Of a stretch of DNA of 64,000 nucleotides, positions 12,671 to 25,100 are shown piece after piece; the first letter of the stretch is position 1, and each line of letters starts with the position of its first letter. The translations under genes and the position numbers were made by a program. Under the pieces are notes generated by a model, which was not told where the DNA came from, did no database searches, and was given only the letters and a program-made list of their open reading frames with translations. Origin of the DNA: Lytechinus pictus (Eukaryota); NCBI RefSeq assembly GCF_037042905.1, contig NC_087251.1, positions 12,836,001 through 12,900,000 of the forward strand, given 5' to 3'.

Positions 12671-12895
12671 CTTCAGAATCGACCAGGAACATCAAGGCCT
12701 CATGCTCCTCGTAATGAGACTCCAGAAAGTCGTTCAGAGCCTGATCTTCAGAATCGGCCAGGAACATCAAGGCCTCATGCTCCTCTTAATGAGACTCCAG
12801 AAAGTCGTACAGAGCCTGAACTTCAGAATCGACCAGGAACATCAAGGCCTCATGCTCCTCTTAATGAGACTCCAGAAAGTCGTACAGAGCCTGAT
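12671..12895 (+). repeat. 75-bp x3 tandem repeat, open in several frames
   Basis: Units start at 12671, 12746 and 12821; one frame gives LQNRPGTSRPHAPxNETPESRxEPx three times. Confidence 0.95.
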
Positions 12896-13199
12896 AAACC
12901 GTGGGTTATTGAACGGCAACAGGCCCTGAGAGCAGAAGCCCAAGAGGGGTTCTCATTGAGATTGAGATTCCCCACTGAAACCCTGACAAGAAGGTTAGGT
13001 GAGGGGTACAGTTCAGGATTTACTCTTGTTCGTAGGCAGCCATGCGACTTCTACTTTGAAATTCAAAGTAGCTGGTCCGAGGGGGGTTCCTGTGTTCCAC
13101 TGTAGGGAGGTTATGCCTACAGATTTAACCAAACTGATGGAGCATGACATTACTACTTCTACCACTTATATCAACTAGATACCTTCTACTACCACAAAC

Positions 13200-14232
13200 A
13201 GTAACAACTTCTCCCAACTCCCATTTACCTTCTTTGTGTGGGGGAGCAAGGATACGAACGTTCTCACCAACATCAAATGAACGATACCTACGACTACCCT
13301 TGAAATATCTCTTTTGACTTGATTGTTTGTTTTATACTTTCTGAGATAGATCTGGTAAAATCAAACTTAGTCTTGTTCTAAGCTTTCTCTTTATCAAAAG
13401 CTCAGCTGGTGTAAAACCAGTAGTTGATTGAGGAGTAGTACGATACTTCAACAGAAAATTGGCTAGTTTTCGCTTCATACTAAACTTAGAACTACCATCA
13501 AACACTTGCTTTTTCAAAGCTTCTTTCACTACTCTTACTGTTCTTTCTGCAGCTCAGTTAGATGCTGGATGGTAAGTGGGAACTAAAATATGCCTAATTC
13601 CATTTTGTTTCATGAAAGTTTGAAATGCTGCAGAACGAAATTGAGACCCATTGTCTGAAACTAACTGTTCGGGTAAACCATGACAAGCAAAAATGGACCT
13701 GAGTTCATCCATTGTTTTCTCAGTTGTTGTATTAGTACCCATATTAATTACTTCTATCCACTTAGAGTGACTATCTATGAGAACAAGAAAATGCTCACTA
13801 TCAAACTCACAAATATCTACATGGACTCTCTGAAATGGTCTAGCTGGCCAACGCCATGTTTCTAACGGTACTCTTGGTGGTTTGCTTCTGACATTTTGAC
13901 AAACAGAACATCTACTAGAAATTTGCTCAATTTCTTTGTCAATACCAGGCCAAAACATAAATCCTCTAGCAACTACTTTCATTGCTACAACACCTGAGTG
14001 CTGAGAATGAAGTTCATCAAGTAACTTATGTCTCAATGACTTGGGTATTATCACTCTGTGTTGTAGTCATACTGCAAGAGAAGTATTGCCCACCGCTGCA
14101 TTCTTGATGCTGCCATTGTCGGAATCGATGACCTAGGACCCAACAAATAAAGTAGCGGCTTGTGATCAGTGATGAGTGCAAAGTTTCTACCTAGCAGATA
14201 CTGATGAAACTTCTTGATACCGAAAATGATAC
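13200..14232 (-). mobile_element. Gypsy/Ty3 RNase H end plus integrase (HHCC and DDE), decayed
   Basis: FGIKKFHQYLLGRNFALITDHKPL, then LHSQHSG..WPGIDKEIE..CSVCQ, RVHVD, LVSDNGSQF, YHPASN*AAER. Internal deletion and stop. Confidence 0.92.
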
Positions 14233-14667
14233 CTAACGCTACACAGTAAATTCAATCATGTGGACACCTGTTGCGCTATGTCATTCACATACCTTACAGC
14301 AACCATTAAACTGCAATTTTAATGCTGCTGATTGATGGCAATTAACATGTATACCTTTCACAATACTAGTATTCATCTCTGAAGTATGTTATCTAGGAAT
14401 TGGGTCAACCATTGCATAAATATTGCTTGCTATACATAGTACGAAAAATGCATGGCTGACCGAGTTGAAAAATTAAGAAGAAAAAATGGAGATGCGGATA
14501 TAGTGAGCCAGAGAACAAGTTACAAAAAAAAGAAAATGACAGAAACATAGAGCTCATGGTATCACTTCCCAAACAAACTAATCAAAAATAGAAAAGTATT
14601 CCAGATTTCTTGATGTAAAACTCAAAGCAATAAAAAAAAAGAACCAAATGCAAAATATATAATTTAC

Positions 14668-14875
14668 CTGAAGTTCACATATCTGACAATTGTATTGAGG
14701 AAATTCTTATCTGTAACAAGGCGGACAAGGGCATCATGTGGTGGCATGCCTGATGAGAGCCACTGCTCGCGTTCTGTGAGTTCCCCATGCACACATCTTG
14801 GCTCGCCGTGAAACCTCCAGTTAGCACACATTCATGCTGGTTGCACACATGGTGTACAAGTCCTCTCCACTTGTT
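14668..14875 (-). pseudogene. Kolobok(P)-like transposase exon, one frameshift
   Basis: ttcttccag acceptor and gtaaat donor. NKWRGLVHHVCNQHECV..RCVHGELTEREQWLSSGMPPHDALVRLVTDKNFLNTIVRYVNFR. Confidence 0.6.
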
Positions 14876-15301
14876 CTGGAAGAAAAAATTTAATATTGAA
14901 ATGGAAACATTAGCGTGGTCAGTTAGTGTTTTATTTTAGGCTAGAATAACAATGATAACGTTAGATTTTTAATTCTAGTTGGAATTTTAGATCTAGAATG
15001 ATAATCCCAACTTTGTTAGACCTAACGTTAGACCCTGTACTAGGCCTAGTATTATTACCGGTACTAGTCGTTACATTAGTCAATGAATAATCCAATAGTC
15101 AATAGTAGTTAGTGCACTGGCAGTGTCACTCAGCATGCTCACTGAGTGTCAGTGTCATGACTCTGTGCAGTAGGATCTAGATCCATAAATAACAAACGCC
15201 AACAATTAAGGCTACTTTCGTTTACTTGGAGAAAATTTGATAAACATGTTAAAAAAAAAAAAGTCTAATTCTATTTTTTTCTTCTAATGAACGTTACTCA
15301 C

Positions 15302-15495
15302 ATTGCCAACAACGATGCCGCCTGCTCGTCGCTCGTATCAAAGCCTCCCCTTAACTTAGCCTCATTCCACTGAACGAACGTCTTCTTCAAAATAATATTC
15401 TTTCTTTTCGCTCTTTGTTCTTTCTCCTGTTCTTCATAGTTCGCTCTTGCCCTTCTCCGCAATTCCTCGTACTTCAATACCGCAATTCTGTCATT
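15302..15495 (-). pseudogene. Probable first coding exon of the same Kolobok(P)-like element
   Basis: LKYEELRRRARANYEEQEKEQRAKRKNIILKKTFVQWNEAKLRGGFDTSDEQAASLLA followed by donor gtgagt; CpG-richer upstream region. Confidence 0.4.
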
Positions 15496-16064
15496 TAATC
15501 CTTATGGTCCTTTATTATCCTTTCACGTGCGATAGTATATGTACATGTCCATTTAACTCCTCAGTGGGCTCCTGGGCAGCAGTGCTTCCGGCTTGAGCTG
15601 GGACATCGCCGCTCCTGGGTATATGTAAATAATACATTTCAACATGAAGTACATGTATGTAAATGCTACCATACTTTGCTAAGAATAAAAGTGGAAGGGA
15701 AAATTGGGTGTTTTCACTATCTCCAGCTACTAATTTTTTGTACCCTACACAATGAAAAAACTGATAAGAGATGGATTATGAAATCCAAACATTTGATTCT
15801 CCTGCTTGGTCTTTGAGAGAAAAAAGAAGAAGAAAGGATGAGGCATCCCATGGTTATAGCATGGTTGCCATTATCATGTCATCTCAAATTTTTTACATTA
15901 TTGTTTTAACTATCCATATAAATCTACATGTATAACTTTATTCTGATATCACACATAAATCTCAGAAATATAGATGGATAAGAATTTCTTTACAATGCGA
16001 GGTAGGATTTTTAGGAGCTTTTTATAAAGAGCACATTTTTTCTGTCTATCTTGTTTAGAATTTT

Positions 16065-18200
16065 AGTATTATTATTATTATTATTACTTATTCGGCCATT
16101 AAAAACATGCAAAAATTGTACAATGTAATTACAAAAATACAATCTGAAATTGGATAATTGAATATGGGTAAAGTAGAAATGAAAGAAAGAAGAAAAGAGT
16201 AAGAAAACGGTTTTTCCATGGGCCAGGGCTCGCAAAAGTAAAATTCAGTACTATTGCCCAGAGGCATGCGAGCCCTCATGGAAAAACCGTTGAGAGAATA
16301 TTGCACTTTCCAATATATAAATTTACACATTAAAATTCAAATAAAATACATTCAACAAACATTATTTAAAAAAGTATGTGACACCAGGCAAGATAAAAAA
16401 AAATAAAGAGGGGTATTGGGAAGAATTAGAATACCCATGCCGGACTGATTAAAGAGTGTGTTTAATGCTTAAGATAACATAGTACGAAAATAACTTAAAT
16501 TTGTGTGAGGTACTAGAACCCGAGAAGCAACAATGAAATAAGGAAGAATGCCCTAGATAACAGCAAGTGCATGCCTCCACATTCCTATTAATGACATGTG
16601 TACTCGTCAGGCTCCAGCACCTAACACATAACAATCATAGAGACAACAAATAATAAAATTACAGGAAACTCGCCTCCTTTAATGAAGAAAAAGAAGAGAA
16701 ATTAAGAACTGCGTAGTAATAATAGTAATAAAAAAAAGTAATGATATTGAGATTCTTAGATTTTTATGTGCCCCCAACAGTTTTGCTAAAGAAAGATTAA
16801 AAAAAAAAAAAATCAACTGTACCAAATGGATATAACAGGTCATACAGCCTATACTACTGTTGAGCTGAAATATTAATTGAGAAAAGATTTAATTTTATAC
16901 TATATGCTTACTGACAGATAATTTGCAAGCGTTTTATTACTCTGTATTACAAATTCCTTAAAGGGAAAACAAGATTCATATATTAATGTAACCTTCCTTA
17001 CAAAGTCAGTATATTTTATTAACATCAGTATCAAGATTTGTTGTACAAGTAATAAAATCAGTGTTTTGAATGATATTCATAAATTCATTGATGGTCCTGT
17101 TGTTTATAACTCTTTTATGTTGATGATGTGGTTAGATCAAAGGGGAAATAAAAAAAAGAAAACACAGGAAGGTGATCCGAAATATCAGATAATAAAATAC
17201 CTGAGAAAACATGTAATGAACTACATGTATTAACAAATATATTCTCAATTAGGGTAGCACTTGTCTCTGTTATTCAAGTTGGACATTCAATTAATTTATA
17301 TAGGAATAAGACAAAATAATTTCTAAAACTTGTTAACAAAATAAGACGTGTCCAGTTTCGTTAAGTCCACATTGAAGTCGCCAAGAAAAATGCAAACTTT
17401 ATTTTCTTCCTTTATTTTATCTAATACAGTATGAAGGATTCTATTAAAATTATCTATCGAACAACTAGGTGGTCTATATAAAACACCAACTATAAGATTT
17501 TTACTATGTTTAGGTATTCGATTAAACAACTTTCTAATTCACTCTGGAATACATTGAGATCTTGGCCAGTGATAAAACTATAATTACTTTCAATACATAA
17601 ACCTACTCTCCCGCCCCTCCTGTTATTCTTATGATAACCAATATATAAATAGTCTTTAAAATAGAGGTTGGTGTAGATGAGTCATCTAACCAAGTTTTCA
17701 TGAGGGCAATAATACTAAAATTAACAATGTAGGGATTCCAAAATATTTCAATTTCATCATAGTTTGAGGTTGAAATATAAGCAATTAATTATTCAGTCAG
17801 TTGATTGATTTGAGTTTCTCTCTCTCAATCTCTTCATTTTGTTTTTTTCGTGTTCTCAGCAGGGCGGGGGGTGTGTAAGATTTTTACAAGTCCTGGAAGG
17901 TTGATTTCAGTCTTTCCATTTGTAGCTCCTAGCAAAGCAATTATTCTCCCATCTGTAGTCCATGCCTGGCGTGCTGATGGATGTTTCACAGTCTCTTGAA
18001 ATAGACCCATCTTGAACTTAAGATAGATCCTTGCTTATACTGATCTTTATCTTCTTCAGCTTCCTTCGCTGGGTGATCATGTCATGTTGACAGTGGTATG
18101 AGGTGAAGTTCACCAGAATTGGGTGAAGACGCACTTCATTGGTTGCATCTGTTGCTTTTTGGTGCAATTCACTGGTGGCCAATGTCTGTTGTTCTTCATG
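16065..18200 (-). mobile_element. Internally deleted CR1/L2-group LINE (ORF1 end, APE endonuclease, 3' UTR and (TAA)n tail)
   Basis: LIVGVLYRPP..IFLGDFNVDL, ATLIENIF, SDISDHLPVF. ORF1-like ILVNFTSY/AWTTDGRI near 17950-18130. AATAAA plus (taa)n at ~16065-16095; hairpin at 16212-16285. Confidence 0.75.
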
Positions 18201-18204
18201 CATG

Positions 18205-19250
18205 TGAGGCTTCCCGGTTCAGTGGGCCAAATGAGCTTGTGCCGTGGCGTGGCGTCCGTCGTCTGTCGTCCGTCCACAATTTCTAAATGCTTCTTCGCCA
18301 TTTCAAGTCCGATTTCAATTCTGTTTGCTTTATATGATAGCACTAGGTGGGGGATTCAAAACTTCTACACAGAATTTTGAAATTTATTAAATATGCTAAT
18401 TTATGCGCATTTTTCAAAATTCACAAAAAAATGCTTCTTTATTTGTTGACCGATTTTGAATTTTTTGCTTCCATCTGGTAGAGCTTCATGAGGTTCACCA
18501 AACTTCTACACAGAATTTTAAAATTTTGATTAGAACAATTTTTATGCTAATTTATGCGAAATTAATTTTATTCATATTTTTAAAAATTCACATAAAATGC
18601 TTTTTCTTCTTTAATTGTTGACCGATTTTGATTTTTTTTCTTCCATCTGGTAGAACTTCATGAGGTTCACCAAATTTCTACACAGAATTTTGATTTTTTT
18701 TTTTTCAGTAGAAAATTATTTATGCTAATTTATGCGAAATTTATTCAGAAATCACAGAAAATGCCTCTTCTTCTTTATTTGAACCTGTAACATAGCAATA
18801 TTGTGAATTCGATAACTTCTTTTACATGAATGAAGGTCTGACAACCTTTTTTCCTTGATCCATGAACTTTTTTGTACTGCCTCATTGTTGTAGGATAATC
18901 ACCCTGTACACAATATAAAAAAGATACACAAGAAAAAAAAAATACAATAGATGTCCATAAGGAAACACCACTATCTTGGTCAAGATAAAGACATTTATTT
19001 CTGTTGCAGTAGCTCGGTGTTTATGCTATTGCATGTACCGGCTACTTGGTTAGTTGTTATGAAAAAGAGATGAATCACACGTTCTCATCTTAATAAAAGA
19101 TGCATCTAGAGCTCGAATGTCCAGTTGAATCTGTGAATTTGATAACTTCCTTGACATGAATGAAAGCCCGACAACCTTTTCCTCGATCCTTGAACTTTCT
19201 TGTAGTGTCTCTTTGTTATAGATTCATCTAGAGCTCGAAAGTCCAGTTAA
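18205..19250 (+). mobile_element. Helentron/HINE-like non-autonomous element with internal tandem subrepeats
   Basis: Starts with gagcttgtgccgtggcgtggcgtccgtcgtctgtcgtccgtccaca (GTCC/GTCT microsatellite), then 140-170-bp subrepeats (ttctacacagaatttt near 18363, 18504 and 18676). Confidence 0.55.
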
Positions 19251-19254
19251 ATGT

Positions 19255-19361
19255 TGACTATCCCAAGCTCGGAACGTGAATTGGTTGTGCTTGTGTCAGT
19301 GGGGGATGACGTCACTCACCTGTAGACTCCTGCTCAGGCAATCCCACTACACTTCCCCCCC
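19255..19361 (-). mobile_element. Polypurine tract and 5' part of a putative 3' LTR
   Basis: Minus strand GGGGGGGAAG (19361-19352) is immediately followed by TGTAGTGGG (from 19351), the PPT-TG junction typical of LTR retrotransposons. Confidence 0.6.
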
Positions 19362-19399
19362 ATGTTCTAAAATATTTTTCCCATGGCCAAAATTCTAAC

Positions 19400-20400
19400 C
19401 TACAAAACCAAAATAACCACCCAATTTGGATAGGTGCCTGCACAGCACCCCCCAACAATTTCCACTGGGAAGCCAAAAACAATATGTTCGTATCCCAGGC
19501 CATAGAGGCGCTGGGCGTTTTGTCGGATATCCCTCAGGACTTCATCCAGGGGAACCCGTCGGAGGTGGGCCACCTCCGTCGCCACATCCCTCAGATATGC
19601 AGAGGAGTTCGGATTATTGCCCCTCCAGATGGGCGTCCGTCTCCAGTAGGAGGCGATTACGGGAAATGCCCTGCAGGTCCTCAATCTGCTCCGGGTGCAT
19701 CCCAGATTCCCAGAAACCTTGGCTGTGTACCCGAAATAACAGTTTGAGTAAATACTCCTCCGACGGTCCAACTCGGATGTAGGGAGCCCGCAGCATTGGA
19801 CATGTATTCACTGGGCGACTGGCCCTGCACTTCGCTTAGAGTGCGCGGACTTCCCTAGAAGCGGCTGGATCTCCCTCCTCCTGACCTCGTATGTGGAGGA
19901 CGAGTACATGGCCGGAGGTCCCCATTCAGAAGATTTGCTCCAGGATCACTCGTTGCCTCGGCCACTCCAGGTTCGCAGATTTTGGCGAGGAGGTCCGCCA
20001 GCATCTTTTCGTCTACCCTGGAGGTGCCCTTTGGATGAATTCCGACCGCCACACAGCAGCCTCAGAGGGGGGATACGGATTCGCCTCCAGAGCCAGGGAT
20101 TTGCGTATACAAACACAGCCCCACACACCTCCACAGGAGTGGTGGGTGCATACCGGATGATGGAAAGCAACAATTCCCACCCTCTCTTCCCGGTATCTCT
20201 CTCCAATTTGTCCAAATGGACATGGCTGTCAAAAACCGAAGGTAAGGCCCAGGATGGCCCAGCTTGTTTCCGGGAGTCGGGCATCCTTCCCTAAGAAGCC
20301 CCTGACGAACTAGGTGGTATCGGGGGTGCTAAACTAAGCTTCTACAATGTAGAAGCCCCATTAGATGGTTGATTGGACCAATGCCCAACTCCTCCAGGGA
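19400..20400 (-). pseudogene. Intronless decayed TatD-family nuclease, copy 2 (near full domain)
   Basis: VFDSHVHLD, VAVGIHPKG, HVLVLHIRG, YFGYT, RLLLETDA and AYLRDVATEVAHLRRVPLDEVLRDIRQNAQRLY in correct order. Frameshifts; the GEVGLD segment is deleted. Confidence 0.88.
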
Positions 20401-21693
20401 CCAGCCCAAACTCCTGGCTATGCTGAGCATCTCCTGCCAAACGTAGTTGTATCTGTCTACTTTTATGAATAATACTAATAATTAGGGCTGAGTCAAAACG
20501 TTAAAACAACCAATGAAATCGTGAAAGTTTCTTATTTTGATAACTGTTTGAAAATGCTATTAAAAAAAAAAAGAACTTCCCATAAAGTTGATGAAATTTC
20601 ATATTTCACATCTTTAGGTTTTTGAAATAGCCATCAATTTTTTTAATGAGTCTTATTTTGTTGAAAACTATCAAATAAATTTAATTGGAGTTGAGTATTG
20701 AAATTCAATTTTCAGCAAATTGCACAGTAGAGACAATTCCTCATCTGATCCTGTCATTTCTGCTACATCACACTTGTATTGCTCACCAGCATGCATGTTC
20801 TCCGTTCTGGCCTTGCATACCTTGGAGAAGCGCTGCTTCTTTTTGCATCTTGAACATTCTTTGCTGTACGTGTGTTGATAACTGATATAGGTCTGTAAGC
20901 GTAGACTATACTGTGTTATTACACATGACCACTTGTACCAAGAAGCTCCTCGATGTCGCAGTGATGTTGTTGCAGCTAAACTAATAAACCTCTGTATATA
21001 GTTTTATTAAGAAATGACTACTAGTCTGTTATTTGCCTCCCATCAACTTTTTAATATGGAAAATCATAAGAAGGGTCAACAATCCCCTCAACTTCCACCT
21101 CTGTAGAGTCACTAGCCAGAGAGCAGTACTTGCTAACTTGTGGTTTCTGGCTAGTCACTGCAGCCGTAACTGCTACTCCACTGGCTGTCAGCCAGTGTGT
21201 ACATAACTGATAGAAACTTCGTGAGTTGGTCTCATATCTCATTGGTTAGGAATTATGTCAGATGGGAAAGCCTAGTCCACCAATCCCACTGGGGGCAAAG
21301 ATGGTTGCTATAGCCCTGACAGATCCCAGTTTTCACCTCGCTTTACTAATAGTTCTTCAAAAGATGCAAATCTCCATAATCTGGAATCATTCTAATATGG
21401 TTGATTGTACTGTTTTTATATGCAATAATGGTCAGTTAGAACTTAATCCTAGTTGAGGCATATCATATCTTCATACACAGTCAGTCCAATGTGAAGGCCT
21501 GGGTTTTCTTGCTCTACCACCCCTATGCATGAATCGACAGCCCCTGTAAGCCTCAATATTACATAAATTTAGTCTGTTTGAATCTTGGGATTTGACTTTA
21601 ACCAAGGTCATCATACTCTTGTAACCATGAAATATTCATGAAAAGAGGGATGCAAAGAGGCAATTTAAGCTTTTTCTACCAAAATTAGTCCAA

Positions 21694-22146
21694 TATAACT
21701 CATATTTGAACTCTGTATGAGTTTTGGGCTTTTATAATTTGAGCAATGTCAATCATTTAAGAGCAGCACAGATGGAGCATATGGAATTATCTTTTTCCGC
21801 TGGGTGCTTAGAGAGGGTAACACAGTTTAAGTGCATCCATCTCCCACACACATCACATTGCACCCATGACTTCTCTAGACTTGTCAGCTTCTCACTTGTA
21901 TTTTGATAAGTGAGCATGTCGCATACTTTGCTTTGGTTGACTGGATATACTGCATGTTCTACCATAGGTAGTCCAATACTGGTACATGTATTTAAATTTG
22001 ATCTCAGGTTTGGCTTTTATAATTTGAGCGATGTAAATCATTTTTAAGAGCAGCACAGATGGAGCATATGGAATTATCATTTTCCGCCGGGTGCTTAGAG
22101 AGGGTAACGCAGTATAAGTGCATCCAACTCCCACACACATCACATT
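21694..22146 (-). repeat. ~290-bp tandem duplication encoding partial PHD fingers; second copy is split by the foldback insertion and resumes at 25994-26093
   Basis: 21841-21960 matches 22128-22146 joined to 25994-26093. Confidence 0.9.
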
Positions 22147-25100
22147 TAGTAGACTTGTTAAGAGGTTGAACGCTGCATTTTTTAGTACAAATGTCCCACT
22201 TGGCACAAATGTTCCTTGAGTCAAAAGAAAAAGATTCATCCAAAGAGACACGCTGTATCTATGCAAATAAGCAAGTAATTTGCATAAATTTGCATATTAT
22301 GTCGATATAGTAAAAACAAGTATTTCAGAATATATATTTAATCAGAACTGCCCTAAAATTGGAAATAAAGACTAAGGGTAAGAAAGGGAAGAAAATTGTC
22401 ATGAAATAATTGGGATATCCTTGTTTATTATTACCTAATTTGCATAAATTATGCAAATTATAATTTAAAACAAAGTATTTTTTCATGAATCCTGAACTGC
22501 TTTTAAAAAACAGCAACTAATACACAATGTCAACATTCTACATGAAAGAGAATGTATTAGCGAAAACATCGATATGCTTCATGACAGTATTAGTGTCTTA
22601 ATTTGCTTAGAAAGAGGGCAAATATTTCAAAATGTATGACGTGATATTGCGCTAAAACGAGACCAAAACAATCTCTATGTCACAGTCACACTCACGAATC
22701 GGACAATAAAGCGATCAATGGTATGTCATTCGAGATAACACAATCTCAACACAATAGCTTCCATCGGCTTCTCGTATCGCTTTTGTTGGTGTGTCTGCCA
22801 CACCGTAATCTATGATACATACGGACAAAATGCATTTCGGTATCGGTAAAACACTATTAATTTTGTTTTATTTGTTTCTAATTTGTTTCTCTTGGAAAAT
22901 TTACAGGAGACATTGCTTTGCAGGCTACTGCTTTAATGAAACTCTGGCACATGAATCATGACGAATGTATCCTACCTCAATCCATATTTTAACTTTATTA
23001 AAATATATATCTTTTTGGAGACCCCGAAGTGGCAAAACTGCATCCCCCTGCATTCCCGCCACTTTACAAAACCAGTTTGACTTGTATAATCGACTTGGAA
23101 AAGACAGATGTATGAGACATCAGTCAACATGTTTCCTGAAGAAAGTTTTTTTTTTGTTTATTTAGGCCTACGCCCACGGGAGCCTTCCGAATTTACCCCA
23201 TCCCCTCTCCGTATTTCGACTTTAAATAAAAAAATATCGTGTTTTAAAACCATCGGCAAGGCAAATTGCGTTTTTTGGTATAATAAAGCAACTTTTATAT
23301 TTATATTTTTATATTTACATTCATCATTATTGATATTATTATAATTATTATTAATATTATTATTATTATTATTATTGTTACTGTTATTATTATTATTATT
23401 ATTATTGTTCTGCCATTTGTAATAGTGTTCTAGCACAGTAAAGGCTATAACCCAACAGGAGCATGCCTAGGATACCCTCTCCCTTTTTGGTTTTATGTAT
23501 TCAAAAATAGTTTATTGTCTTTATAACTCTTAAAAGATTACTTTTGTTTGTATTGATATCTTGGAATAGATTGAGGAGAAAATACTCTACAACTGACATG
23601 TAGAGGAGCTGTGGTACATTGAAGAACAGCCACACAGCCCTTTATTGATTCCACTCTATGTTAAATTTAAATATTTTTAGAGCCCAATCGGAAGAAAGAT
23701 GCATTTCTACTACACAAAGTAAAGACTCTTTGCATTCTCCTCTTGAAAAAAAAAAACATAGAAGGCACTGTTTTATATCTCATAAAATAAGTTCGTGTAC
23801 GTGACGGTGGCCTGTCGAAGTTGCCCAACCGTTTATTTTGTTTCGACAATATATATTTAGAATATCGTCTAAATGAAACCCTCATCTGGAAAAGGGCACA
23901 TATTAAAGGCAGCATCTACATTATATAGAGGAGGCCCTGGCACTGGGAAGAGGGGGCTGAAGCTTGTTAAATTTCTTCGGACCAAAATTTTACATTGAAA
24001 CTTTTTTGCTTTTCAAATTTACATCAAGAAATTTAACAAGCAAATAAACAAAATGGATTGCACAACAAAATGAAGGTTTTTTTTTTGGTAACGTTTCTTT
24101 TTTTCGTTTTGTCACATCTGCCGGAATTCCAGGGGGTGCTGTCTATGGAGAATAACACACGCAGCACAGCCCCCCCCCCTTCAGAAAAATCTTGCGGGTG
24201 CTTCAGCCCCCGCTTCCAAGTACCAGGGCCTCCTCTATATAATGTAGATGCTGCCTTTATTAAGTGCCCTTTTCCAGATGAGGGCTTCATTCAGACGATA
24301 TTCTGAATATATATTGTCAAAACAAAATAAAGGGTTGGGCAACTTCGACAGGCCACCGTCATGTACACGAACTTATTTTATGCGATATAAAACAATGCCT
24401 TCTATGTTTTTTTTTTCAAGAGGAGAAAGTAAAGAGGCTTTACTGTGTGTAGTAGAAATGTATCTTTTTTCCGAATGGACTCTAAAAATATTTAAATTTA
24501 ACATACAGTGGAATCAATAAAGGGGTATTTTAGAGCTTACGTGTGGCTTTTCTTCAATGTACCACAGCTCTTCTACATGTCAATTGTAGAGTATTTTCAC
24601 CTCAATCTATTCCAAGATATGAGTTCTAAAGACAATAAACTATTTTTGAATACATAAAACCAAAAGGGGAAAGGGTATCCTAGGCATGCTCCTGTTGGGT
24701 TATAGCCTTTACTGTGCTAGAGCATTATTACAAACTGCAAAACAACAACAATAATAATAATGATGCCAATAATAATAATAATAATATTAATGATAATAAT
24801 AATATTAATATAGATAAATATGAAATATAGATATAAAAGTTGCTTTATTATACCAAAAACGCAATTTGCCTTGCCGGTGGCTTTAAAACACGATATTTTT
24901 TTTATTTAGTGTCGAAATACAGAGAGGGGATGGGGTAAATTCGGAGGGCTCCCATGGACGTAGGCTTAAATTAAAAAAAAAACTATCTTCTGGAAACATG
25001 TTAACTGATGTCTCATACATCTGTCTTTTCCAAGTCGATAATACAAGTCAAACTGGTTATGTAAAGTAGCGGGAATGCCGCGGGGAATGCAGTTTTGCCA

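Noticed and set aside
12671..12895. CRISPR-like array
   Set aside because: Contiguous tandem units with no unique spacers, no cas genes, eukaryotic context.
14745..14820. Hammerhead-like CTGATGA...GAAA on the plus strand
   Set aside because: I could not build the required stems; it is the antisense of a transposase-like exon.
19400..20400. Bacterial contamination or functional host TATDN gene
   Set aside because: Frameshifted, embedded among animal transposons, no operon context or introns.
21892..22266. ORFs 22004-22243 and 21892-22266 (and 25908-26099) as real proteins
   Set aside because: Chimeras reading across the foldback insertion junctions.
23108..24520. Mirror-image ORF pairs and poly-Asn ORF
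   Set aside because: Products of the inverted arms and (AAT)n repeat; no protein motifs.
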